From: Pyrobaculum aerophilum str. IM2
GTDB lineage: Archaea; Thermoproteota; Thermoprotei; Thermoproteales; Thermoproteaceae
Length of the DNA stretch: 32,000 nt
Reading direction: 5' to 3'
NCBI RefSeq assembly: GCF_000007225.1
Contig: NC_003364.1
Location: 1,680,001 to 1,712,000 of the forward strand
Part shown: one piece after another, positions 6,977-15,548 of the stretch
How positions within the stretch are numbered: the stretch's first letter is position 1
Layout: the number at the start of each line of letters is the position of its first letter
Notes under the pieces: generated by a model
What the model saw: the letters and a program-made list of their open reading frames with translations, nothing else
Told to the model about the DNA's origin: nothing
Database searches by the model: none
Position numbers and translations under genes: made by a program

Positions 6977-7530
6977 CTAACGCTTCTCCTGCTGGCTGAA
7001 TAGCTTATACGCCCTCAACATCCAGACGTATAAAAACATCTTGTAGGCCAGCTCCGACCCCTCTTCATACCACCAACGTTTGACTATTTCGGCGACTTTC
7101 TCAAGCTCCTCCACTGTGATTTTATCAATATCGCCCTTTGCAAAAACTGCTCTTATGAATTCCGCCTCCTCCTTACTAATGGGATTAGACCTGATGGCTT
7201 GAGACATTCGCATAACCTCGCGGATCAGGAAGGAGGTCTCTCCTTGCGTAATCAAGCCCTTAAGGCCGAGGAATTCTATTACAGCGGAATTCATAGCCAC
7301 CACAGCAGATCTCACAGAGTCGGCAAAAGAGGCCAGTTTACGATCAAATTCATCGAACCGCCTCTCAACTGCCTCCAACCTCTTGTCTATCTCCTCAAAT
7401 CTCCTATCTATCGCTTCAAATTTTTATCAATCTCTGCGAATTTCCTCCCGAGCCAGTAGAGCGAGCTTCCGAACATTCCCACTATGGTCACGGCCAGCCC
7501 TATAATAGACAACACCACCTCCTCAGCCAC
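6977..7530 (-). CDS. Membrane-anchored coiled-coil protein, paralog of 3120..3695; the 5' 40 codons are in a different frame (needs a -1 shift near 7417-7423)
   Basis: GTG 7530, about 18 nt after TTATATAT, encodes MAEEVVLSIIGLAVTIVGMFGSSLYWLGRKFAEIDKNLKR then a stop. The -1 frame continues EAIDRRFEEIDKRLEAVERRFDEFDRKL into track ORF 6977..7378. The joined length of 184 aa matches the 191-aa paralog. Confidence 0.55.
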
Positions 7531-7862
7531 GTAATAAACGCCCCATTGATATATAAGTCTAGTCCCGTTGCCATTGCTGCTCGCCGTATGTCTGAAAACT
7601 GAGAAGTTTTACCGCCATAGGGTTTGCGGCTTAATAAGCGGTTTGGCCACGTTCAGCGAACTCCATGGAAATAGGGGGGATGCGTCACGGGCAATGACAT
7701 ATGCCGAAAGTCCCCTAGTCTAAACTACGAGTGGACGAAGAGATTTAGCCTTTTCTGGGAGTTTTATGGGTAATTCTGGCAGAGTTGCTCAAAATAACAA
7801 GAACAGATAGGGACGCCGAATAAAATCGCAACCAAAAAAGCGCACATAACGCCGTTAAGCAT

Positions 7863-7921
7863 TATATTCAGTGCACACAACTTATACTAATTATTCACTT
7901 TGAATACAAAAAATTTTATTT
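7863..7921. promoter_or_regulatory. Promoter region of the oxidoreductase ABC operon: TATATTCAGTG (7863-7873), TTATTCACTTTG (7891-7902) containing the palindrome ATTCA-N3-TGAAT (7893-7905), and TATA ATTTTATTT (7913-7921)
   Basis: Read directly from the sequence. ATG 7942 lies 20 nt after the TATA element. Confidence 0.5.
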
Positions 7922-7941
7922 GGTTGTAAAACGACAAAAAC

Positions 7942-10392
7942 ATGACAAACTTATCAAGACGCGAATTTGGAAAATTAGTCGTTACTACGGCTTTAGTGTC
8001 ATCTAGCGTGGCGGCCCTTAAACCGCTGTTTGAGGCAAAGTCTGCACAAGTGACACAGACTGGCGTAGAAGCCGTGCCTATTACGTGTGCGGCATGCGGC
8101 GCGGCCTGCGGTTTGTTTTTTGTAAGAAATGGGCAGAGGATGTACCTCTTGCCTAATCCCAAACATCCGCAACCCGGCATGTGTTTTAGGCCCGCCTCTG
8201 CGTTGCAACTTTGGAACCACCCGCTGAGGCTGAAAAAGCCTCTTAAAAGAGTGGGAGAGAGGGGAGAGGGGAAGTTTCAAGAAGTCGACTGGGAGACCGC
8301 TCTTAATGAAATCGCTCAGAGACTTAGAGAAATAGTCCAGAGATACGGCCCTGAAAGCGTGGCCTTCACGCGCCACGACCACATGTCTTGGATTTTGCCA
8401 TTTATAGCGTCTGTTATAGGCACACCTAACATAATTAGCCACGAGGGTACTTGTCACGCCGCCTCGACGGCGGTCCGTAAATTCGTACTCGGCGCCAGCG
8501 GCCCTAGCTCGGTGGATCCCGATTATGAAAACGCGAATTATATTTTGCTCATTGGGAGAAATTTAGACGCGGCGATGGGGCACATCAGAAGACTAACAGT
8601 TGCGAGAGAAAAGGGTGTGAAAGTTGTAGTGGTAGACCCAAGGGCGCCAAACCTCGCCTACTCCTCCGTGGAGTGGATACCCATAAACCCAGGTACAGAT
8701 GCCGCGTTTGTCCTGTCGCTTATATACGTCATCATCAGTGAAGGGCTATACGACGCCGCGTTTTTAAAGAAATATACAAATGCGCCGTTTTTAATAAAAC
8801 CGGATGGACAACCGCTCACGCAAAAAGACCTCGGACAAGAAGGCACTGCATACTTAGTATACGACAACGCCGCTAAAAGCCTTGCGCCACACGATAAAGC
8901 CCAAGACCCTGCGCTCGACTACGAAGGTGAAGTGCAAACCCCCGCGGGAGTTATAAAAGTCAAAACGGCTTTTAGACTACTGGCAGAGAGAGCGGCTAAA
9001 TACACTCCAGAAAACGCCGAGAAAATCACAGGCATTCCCGCTGATACTATTAGGAGAATAGCGCGGGAATTTGCAACATCTAGAGGCGTTGCAGAAGACG
9101 GGTGGTACACGGCGAAAAACGGCAACGACTTCGACGCTTATAGGGCGATATTAATTTTAAACGCCCTCGTTGGGAACATAGACAAGAGAGGCGGTTTGTG
9201 TTTCCAGGAAAGCTCAAAATTCCCCAGTGCAGTCACTGTATTCCAAGACCGCATAGAAACAATAATAGGACACGTCCTACCGCCTATAAAAGCTCAGAGG
9301 TTGGATAGGTTGAAATACCCTGAGACTCCCGCCACCTTTGACGCACTTTTAGATGCCATTATAGAGGAAAAGCCCTATCCCGTAAAAGCTCTGTTTATAG
9401 TTGCGACGTCGCCTTTCCACCGCGATGTCAATACTGAAAAACTCAAGAAGGCGTTGCAAAAATTAGAGCTGATTGTCGCTATAGACATACTCCCACAAGA
9501 TCACATCGATTGGTCTGATTACGTGTTGCCCGACTTGATGTTTTTAGAGAGAGAAGAGATTGGAAGCATTAAGTGGAGTCTCCACGCCGGGATTCGCTAC
9601 TCACATAAAGTGTTAGATCCACCTCCTGGCGTAGACGCGAGGAGCGCCTTCTGGGCGCTAATGGAGATAATTAGAAGGGCATTCCCCGAGAAGGCTAAAA
9701 TTGTTGAATACGATGAGAAATACGCCGATTACAACGCATTTGAACACTATGAGAAGAAATTCTTCGAGGCTGCGTTGAGAAAATTAGCAGAGACGTGGAA
9801 ATTAGACTTTGAGGAAATTAAAGAGGCCTTGGAGAGAGATGGCTTCTACATTTTGAAAAAGAAGACTTATGAGACAAGGCCGTACAAAACTCCGCTGGGG
9901 ACGCCCAGCGGGAAGGTTGAGATATACACGCTCAGGGCGCTCAAATATGGAATAGATCCCCTGCCAGATTGGATACCCCCGGTTTATAAAATACCACAAG
10001 CGTCTGACGAATTTTACCTCGTAAACGGCAAGGACAACTTCGTAAGCGCCCATATGGTTATGGTTAAAAACGCCAAGTGGATAGCCGACAGAACTGTTTG
10101 GATGAACCCAGCAGACGCTGAGCGTCTCGGCATTAAAGACGGAGATGTTGTAGAGCTAGAGGGCCTCGATAACGGCTTCAAGGCGATGGCTGTGGTAAAG
10201 GTGACAAATAGAGTAAAGCCGGGGGTGTTGTTTACATACGCCTTTGTCGGCGGCAGGACTAGTAAATTAATAAGCGGCGAGTACCAGTTCCTTAAAGAGG
10301 GCATCAACCCGCAGTGGTTCACCACGGGGAAAGTTGAGCCTGTTGTCGGAAGCGCGCCTACAAACAGCTCTGTACGAGTGAGGAGGCTATGA
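7942..10392 (+). CDS. Molybdopterin oxidoreductase catalytic (A) subunit, Psr/Phs/Ttr/Arr-like, Tat-exported; substrate not assignable
   Basis: 816 aa. N-terminal LSRREFGKLVV twin-arginine signal and CAACGAAC...C FeS motif. MopB-type length, with a C-terminal VWMNPADAERLGIKDGDVV molybdopterin dinucleotide-binding block. ATGA overlap with the B subunit. Confidence 0.9.
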   Translation: MTNLSRREFGKLVVTTALVSSSVAALKPLFEAKSAQVTQTGVEAVPITCAACGAACGLFFVRNGQRMYLLPNPKHPQPGMCFRPASALQLWNHPLRLKKPLKRVGERGEGKFQEVDWETALNEIAQRLREIVQRYGPESVAFTRHDHMSWILPFIASVIGTPNIISHEGTCHAASTAVRKFVLGASGPSSVDPDYENANYILLIGRNLDAAMGHIRRLTVAREKGVKVVVVDPRAPNLAYSSVEWIPINPGTDAAFVLSLIYVIISEGLYDAAFLKKYTNAPFLIKPDGQPLTQKDLGQEGTAYLVYDNAAKSLAPHDKAQDPALDYEGEVQTPAGVIKVKTAFRLLAERAAKYTPENAEKITGIPADTIRRIAREFATSRGVAEDGWYTAKNGNDFDAYRAILILNALVGNIDKRGGLCFQESSKFPSAVTVFQDRIETIIGHVLPPIKAQRLDRLKYPETPATFDALLDAIIEEKPYPVKALFIVATSPFHRDVNTEKLKKALQKLELIVAIDILPQDHIDWSDYVLPDLMFLEREEIGSIKWSLHAGIRYSHKVLDPPPGVDARSAFWALMEIIRRAFPEKAKIVEYDEKYADYNAFEHYEKKFFEAALRKLAETWKLDFEEIKEALERDGFYILKKKTYETRPYKTPLGTPSGKVEIYTLRALKYGIDPLPDWIPPVYKIPQASDEFYLVNGKDNFVSAHMVMVKNAKWIADRTVWMNPADAERLGIKDGDVVELEGLDNGFKAMAVVKVTNRVKPGVLFTYAFVGGRTSKLISGEYQFLKEGINPQWFTTGKVEPVVGSAPTNSSVRVRRL

Positions 10393-10955
10393 CTCGCCTA
10401 GCCCACCTCTGGGATCAATCCCGTTGCATAGGATGCACAGCGTGTATAGCGGCTTGCAATGTTGCAAACTACAGCTCAGATACAAAGGAAAACAAGACGT
10501 GGGGCTGGTTACGCTCTAACATTAGACGAATAGAGATATTAAGGGGACCGAGACCTATGCTTCTGCTAGTGCAGTGTCAACACTGCGACAATGCGCCATG
10601 CGTCGCGGTATGTCCTACTGGCGCGTCGTATAAAGACGTAGATGGGCTGGTGAAAATGAGGCCCGAGCTGTGCATAGGCTGTAAATACTGTATGGTCGCA
10701 TGCCCCTATGAGGCCAGATGGCTTGATGAAGATACCGGCTTACCTAGGAAGTGCATGGGAGAGGAGTGTCTAAGTCGCGTTTCACAAGGCCTACAGCCAG
10801 TGTGCGTAGAGGTGTGTCCCGCAGGTGCCAGGGCTTTTGGCGATATTGACAACCCCACATCTGAGATATCGCGCCGCCTTGCCAAAAGCCGCTACATTAG
10901 ACTATTAGAAAACAAAGGAACAGAGCCAAAGTACTTCGTAGTCGTGGGGCCATGA
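10389..10955 (+). CDS. 4Fe-4S ferredoxin-type electron-transfer (B) subunit
   Basis: 188 aa with CIGCTACIAAC, CQHCDNAPC..CP, CIGCKYCMVACP and C..VCP cluster motifs. Start/stop overlaps on both sides. Confidence 0.9.
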   Translation: MTRLAHLWDQSRCIGCTACIAACNVANYSSDTKENKTWGWLRSNIRRIEILRGPRPMLLLVQCQHCDNAPCVAVCPTGASYKDVDGLVKMRPELCIGCKYCMVACPYEARWLDEDTGLPRKCMGEECLSRVSQGLQPVCVEVCPAGARAFGDIDNPTSEISRRLAKSRYIRLLENKGTEPKYFVVVGP

Positions 10956-11824
10956 CGGCGTTTCAAGAAATCTGGGCCCCCTGGCTAATTGGCCCGTTCC
11001 TCTGGCTTGCCGGCATTGCTGGAATGGGCTTTGTCGCATACGTCTTACTCAAGTGGATAGGCGTTGAGGAGAGAAAGAGGGAGTTTAGCTGGATTTTGTT
11101 CTTATCAATTGTACTTGCTCTGGTATTTGTAATAGCTGATCTCTCCAGGCCGTGGAATATGCCCTCTGCTATTATGAGCGCGGTGTTCAGCGGCACATTC
11201 GGCTGGACGAAGAGCTGGATGGCCGTGGGAATAGTAATTCTATTACTCGGCTTAATACTGGCGCTGTTAGTGGCCGTTAGAAATAGCGGCGTGAAGGCGA
11301 TAGCGCCACTGACAGACTCAAAGTGGTTCGACATATTGTTAGCGCTTGTTGGCATCGCCATTACTATATACAGCGGTTTTCTAATTGCTGCGACACCGGG
11401 CGTGCCGTTTTGGAATACTGCTTTGCTGCCAGTGCTCTGGATTATTAGCGCTTCGGTCTGCGCCGTTGCATTAGTAAAGCTAATGATCCACAACGAAGTT
11501 GCGTCTAAGACGGCTACACGCTTCGGCGTAGCGCTTGACGTTGCAAAGCTGTTAGCAATATTCGCGTTAATAAGCCTGTCACTATACGGTGGAAGCATCG
11601 CGGCGAGACAAAGCGCCTATGCCCTTGCCTATGGCGAATTGGCGGCGCCGTTTTGGATAGGCGTAGTGGGAGTAGGAGTTGTGATACCCCTACTGCTAGG
11701 ACTCGCGCTACTTAAAAAAGAAAATAAACTCTTGGGCATAATCGCTGCAATTCTGGCGCTAATAGGAGCATTACTGCTAAGAGTACTCATACTACAAGCG
11801 GGAATATTCGAACCGCTTGTTTAA
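10952..11824 (+). CDS. NrfD/PsrC-type integral membrane anchor (C) subunit
   Basis: 290 aa, about 8 hydrophobic helices, third gene of the ABC operon. The antisense ORF 10963..11598 is a shadow. Confidence 0.8.
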   Translation: MTAFQEIWAPWLIGPFLWLAGIAGMGFVAYVLLKWIGVEERKREFSWILFLSIVLALVFVIADLSRPWNMPSAIMSAVFSGTFGWTKSWMAVGIVILLLGLILALLVAVRNSGVKAIAPLTDSKWFDILLALVGIAITIYSGFLIAATPGVPFWNTALLPVLWIISASVCAVALVKLMIHNEVASKTATRFGVALDVAKLLAIFALISLSLYGGSIAARQSAYALAYGELAAPFWIGVVGVGVVIPLLLGLALLKKENKLLGIIAAILALIGALLLRVLILQAGIFEPLV

Positions 11825-11943
11825 CACCGCCGTTCTCAGCGCAAATGTCTAAATCCCGCCTTTTCTTACCCCATTCCTAATTCCTAGAAGCGCCCTTATA
11901 CGTTCTTACACTGTAGTTTTTAAATACAGCCTCCTTTCTTCAA

Positions 11944-12420
11944 GTGTACGAATTGGCTAAGCCGTGGCATGATGTTGATAAGTATAGGAGGGATAGGCTG
12001 AAGGAGGCGTTATACGAGGCGGAGCTCGCCGAGGAATTTCTTAAAAACGGCCTGTATAAAAATGCGGCTGGCAAGGCGTTCCAAGCAGTAAAGGCATATT
12101 TAGCGGCTGTTGCTGCTGAAAAAAGAGAGGCATTGGCTCAGTATTATCCAGGCGAGAGGACTGTGCAGAAAAAGAAAGTGGCTGTAGTTGATCTCCTCAT
12201 TGCATATATGCCAACCACAAGGATGAAGGAAGTGGCGGCGAGGCTCGGCGATAGGGAGCTAGAGCTTGTAGTTGAAAAGGCCTTAGATCTCCACCAGTTT
12301 CAATACAACGGGCTTGACAGAGAGGGGGTTTTTTCAAGATACACCACATTAGAAATAGTGGAGAGAGATATAAAAGACGTGGTAGAGTTCGTAAAAAGAC
12401 GCGTTACGTCGGGAACGTAA
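11944..12420 (+). CDS. PaREP1-like (HEPN-related helical) protein, paralog of 20382..20873
   Basis: The blocks KNAAGKAFQAVKAYLAA, MPTT(R/K)MKEVA, LH(Q/E)FQYNGLD and VERDI are shared with the second copy. GTG start about 20 nt after GTTTTTAAATAC. The family name is assigned from memory. Confidence 0.55.
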   Translation: MYELAKPWHDVDKYRRDRLKEALYEAELAEEFLKNGLYKNAAGKAFQAVKAYLAAVAAEKREALAQYYPGERTVQKKKVAVVDLLIAYMPTTRMKEVAARLGDRELELVVEKALDLHQFQYNGLDREGVFSRYTTLEIVERDIKDVVEFVKRRVTSGT

Positions 12421-12447
12421 AAAGTAATTGCCGTTGGGCATTGGCGC

Positions 12448-12453
12448 TTTTTT
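12448..12453 (+). terminator. Oligo-T tract (T6) after the PaREP1-like gene
   Basis: GCGCTTTTTTGG lies 28 nt after the stop codon. Archaeal termination commonly occurs at oligo-T. Confidence 0.3.
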
Positions 12454-12489
12454 GGCATATGAGGTGTACTGATTGCAACAGAAAATATT

Positions 12490-12879
12490 TTATTTCCGCA
12501 GTCCCCCTATCCTTTTCAAGACGTCGCGGATTGAAATAACGCCGTGTAGTCCTCCCTCTTTATCTACCACTACCACGTGTCTTATGCCGTACTTCATCAT
12601 CTTCTCCGCCGCTACCTCTATAGGGTCGTCCGCATAGACGTAGATAATTGAGTGAGTAGTAGCCAGCTTTTCCACAAGGACTGTGAGAGGCGCCTTGCCC
12701 GCCAGAGATCTTACTATGTCTCTCTCAGAGAGAACTCCCACAACCCTTTTCGGATTCTCCTTATCTACTAACACCAGAATCCCAACGTCGTGATCCGCCA
12801 TTAGCTCCACAGCTTTTTCTAACGGCGTGTCGGGGGTTACGGTTATTACGGGCCTTGAGGCAATTTCCCCGCATTTCAC
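12490..12879 (-). CDS. CBS domain pair protein (129 aa)
   Basis: Two CBS repeats (VITVTPDTPLEKAVELMADHDVGILVLVD and IIYVYADDPIEVAAEKMMKYGIRHVVVVD). GTG start about 19 nt after ATTTAAATAT. Confidence 0.8.
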   Translation of the reverse strand: MKCGEIASRPVITVTPDTPLEKAVELMADHDVGILVLVDKENPKRVVGVLSERDIVRSLAGKAPLTVLVEKLATTHSIIYVYADDPIEVAAEKMMKYGIRHVVVVDKEGGLHGVISIRDVLKRIGGLRK

Positions 12880-13116
12880 GTGTCTTAATAGAAATGTATA
12901 TTTAAATTTTTAATTATAATTATTTTTATATACCTACACAAAATTGTCCAACGCAAAAAATAAAGATTTAACTGTTTTTTAATAAATATTTTCTATATAA
13001 ATTAGATAATAGTACTCTATTCTATATATTAAAAGCCTAAATGCATTAAAACGTATAATTAAAGGACGTGAGCCGTTCTTTGCCGCTTCGCCACTCTAAA
13101 AAGAGACTAAGGGGGA
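12880..13116. promoter_or_regulatory. Very AT-rich ~237-bp intergenic region; diverged duplicate of 19185..19418
   Basis: Blocks shared collinearly with the second region: ATATTTAAAT (12898-12907), AAATTAGATAATAGTACTCTA (12999-13019) and TTCTATATA (12991, 13020). Confidence 0.5.
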
Positions 13117-15072
13117 TTACTCAGAGACCTTGACCACTTTTAAACGCGATATTGCCTCTCTGATCTCCTCCACAGAGGCCTCGTCTTCTATAGTAGAGAT
13201 ATCGCCAATAGGCTCTCCAGTCCACAGGCGCTTGAGCACTCTCCTCATGATTTTCCCAGATCTAGTCTTGGGCAACATGTTGACAAACTCCAAGCCGGCG
13301 AATACAGCTATGGGGCCAAAGGTCTTTCTCACATGTTCTATCAACTCTTTTCTCAACTCCTCCGTGGGTCTCCAACTGGGTTTTAACACAACAAAAGCCG
13401 CAATGGCCTCTCCTCTTATCGGATCGGGGACTCCCACTACCGCGGCCTCCGCCACCGCGGGGTGAGTTAACAACGCCGACTCCACTTCTATAGTGCCTAT
13501 TCTATGGCCCGCTATTTTTATCACTTCGTCAGCTCTGCCGCCAAACCACACGTAGCCTTCGTCGTCTATATAAGCGGCGTCGCCGGTGTAGTACACAAGC
13601 TTCCCCTCGTAGCGCTCCCAATACTCAGCCATGTACCGCTTGTGATCTTTCCATAAAGTCGGCGTCATGCCGGGGAAGGGCCTCTTCAACACTAAAGTCC
13701 CCTTCTGCCCGGCCGAAACGGCGTTGCCCCTCTCGTCTACCACCTCCACTTCTACGCCTGGCAACGGCACTCCCGCAGAGCCCGGCTTTATTTCCATAAA
13801 CTCAAGGCCCACGGGCATGTCTTTAACAAGGGCGTAGTAATAGCCTATGGCAGGTCCGCCTAGCTCTGTCTGCCACCAGTGGTCTATCACGGGCACGTTC
13901 TTTTGAAAGGCCTCTTCATACAGCCACCTCCACACCTCTGGGTTTAACACCTCCCCCGCTGTGACTACTCTTTTGACGCTAGACAAATCGTGTCTTCTGG
14001 CATGACTAACGCCGAGTCTCATTAACATCCTAGCCGCCGTGGGGGATGTCCATATTAATGTCGGTTTGTATTTCTCAATAATTTCCCAGAAAAGATCGGG
14101 CTTGGGATAATCAATAGCGCCGTCAAATAATATTGAAGTCGTCCCCATTATCGTAGGCGCAAAGACTATATAACTCTGGCCGACTATCCAGCCAATGTCG
14201 CTAGTGTTGAAAATCACGTCGTCGCTAGATAATCCATAGACGAGGAGAGCCCCGTGGACTATCCAGACTTGATAGCCGCCGTGGACGTGTACTACTGGTT
14301 TGGGCTTTGCTGTAGTGCCAGAGGTTGGCAGTACGAAAAGGGGCTCATTTGACTCCACAAACTCCGGGGTGCAGTTGCCGTGTTTGCCCATTTCTAAAAA
14401 CTCCTCAAGCCACATGTCGCGGCCCCTTTCCATTGGAGGCTCTTTCTCCTCCCCCAACGCCCTTTTCACCACCACTGCCTGCGGCCTCCAAGTCGACAGC
14501 TTCAAAGCCTCGTCTATATTCTCTTTCAGCGCAATTCGCCTCCCCCTCCGCAGTGAGTAGTCTTGAGTGAATATTATCTTGGGCTCGACGAGTTCTATTC
14601 TATCGGCCACAGCCTTTGGCGAAAACCCGGCGAAAACTGTACTGGAAACTGCGCCTATTCTGGCGGCGGCTAAGAGAACTGCAACCGCCTCAATACTATT
14701 GGGCATATACACCAGAATTGTATCGCCCTTTTTGACGCCGAATGCCCTTAGGGCTGCGCTTATTCTACAAACCAGTTGGTACAACTCCCCGTAGGTAATA
14801 CGCCTCTCAACACTTGCCTCTGGGTTTATATAAATATAGGCAGTTTTGTCGCCAAACCTCCCCAATTTGTAATCAACGGCGCTATACCCGGCGTTGGTAT
14901 AGCCTCCAACAAACCATTTAAACGGATTTGGCGGATTCCACTCAAAGATTTTCTCAGGTTTCTTAGCCCAGTATATATACCCCGCGGTTTTTTCTATAAA
15001 CTCCTGCCAATAGCCGTCAGAATCTTGTAGCCATCTATTGTAAACTTCATATTTATTATATAGTTTTTCCAT
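13117..15072 (-). CDS. AMP-forming acyl-CoA synthetase, ACS-family paralog (651 aa); substrate uncertain
   Basis: AMP-binding core TSGTTAKPKPVVH, WWQTELGG, YYTGD, and the C-terminal PKTRSGKIMRR motif. Own TATA (TTTTTAAATTTTT) in the 32-bp spacer upstream. Confidence 0.85.
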   Translation of the reverse strand: MEKLYNKYEVYNRWLQDSDGYWQEFIEKTAGYIYWAKKPEKIFEWNPPNPFKWFVGGYTNAGYSAVDYKLGRFGDKTAYIYINPEASVERRITYGELYQLVCRISAALRAFGVKKGDTILVYMPNSIEAVAVLLAAARIGAVSSTVFAGFSPKAVADRIELVEPKIIFTQDYSLRRGRRIALKENIDEALKLSTWRPQAVVVKRALGEEKEPPMERGRDMWLEEFLEMGKHGNCTPEFVESNEPLFVLPTSGTTAKPKPVVHVHGGYQVWIVHGALLVYGLSSDDVIFNTSDIGWIVGQSYIVFAPTIMGTTSILFDGAIDYPKPDLFWEIIEKYKPTLIWTSPTAARMLMRLGVSHARRHDLSSVKRVVTAGEVLNPEVWRWLYEEAFQKNVPVIDHWWQTELGGPAIGYYYALVKDMPVGLEFMEIKPGSAGVPLPGVEVEVVDERGNAVSAGQKGTLVLKRPFPGMTPTLWKDHKRYMAEYWERYEGKLVYYTGDAAYIDDEGYVWFGGRADEVIKIAGHRIGTIEVESALLTHPAVAEAAVVGVPDPIRGEAIAAFVVLKPSWRPTEELRKELIEHVRKTFGPIAVFAGLEFVNMLPKTRSGKIMRRVLKRLWTGEPIGDISTIEDEASVEEIREAISRLKVVKVSE

Positions 15073-15104
15073 AATAATATATTGAGAAAAATTTAAAAAT
15101 TTTT

Positions 15105-15548
15105 CTATCCAATTACTTTTACAATATCTTTCACAGAGAGAACAGCCACTACCTTTCCATCCTCAATAACTGGGAGATGTCTAATATTGTGTTTAACCAT
15201 CAACTCAGCCGCCTCTCTTAAAGTAGATTGCTTTGAAACTGTAATAGGCTTAGTGTTCATATACACAGAGATGGGGGTGTTTAAGTCCACGCCTTGGGCT
15301 ACTAGCCTCATAACATCGCTTTCTGACAACACGCCTAGTAGTTTTCCGCCTTCAACCACGGGCAAGAACCCAATATTGTATTTTACCATAAGGTCGACAG
15401 CCTCTTTAAGCGTTTTCTCCGGCCCTATTGTAATTAATTCCCTGGGGGCGGCATCGTATGCCGAATAACGCAAAGCTACTTTTTTTCTAAATGCGCTTTT
15501 TAGCGCAAGCGATTCGTTTATTAAATCGCGAAGCCTCGACAATGCCAA
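15105..15548 (-). CDS. CBS domain pair protein (up to 147 aa; the start may be a later TTG near 15473)
   Basis: Two CBS repeats (LITIGPEKTLKEAVDLMVKYNIGFLPVV and PITVSKQSTLREAAELMVKHNIRHLPVI). The track start overlaps the transporter gene by 62 nt. Confidence 0.75.
   Translation of the reverse strand: MALSRLRDLINESLALKSAFRKKVALRYSAYDAAPRELITIGPEKTLKEAVDLMVKYNIGFLPVVEGGKLLGVLSESDVMRLVAQGVDLNTPISVYMNTKPITVSKQSTLREAAELMVKHNIRHLPVIEDGKVVAVLSVKDIVKVIG

Noticed and set aside
15480-15486. A T7 (A7 on the coding strand) run at the junction of the transporter stop and the CBS gene, as another frameshift or fusion site.
   Set aside because: Reading through in the transporter frame gives only a short nonsense peptide, and both genes are intact as they stand.
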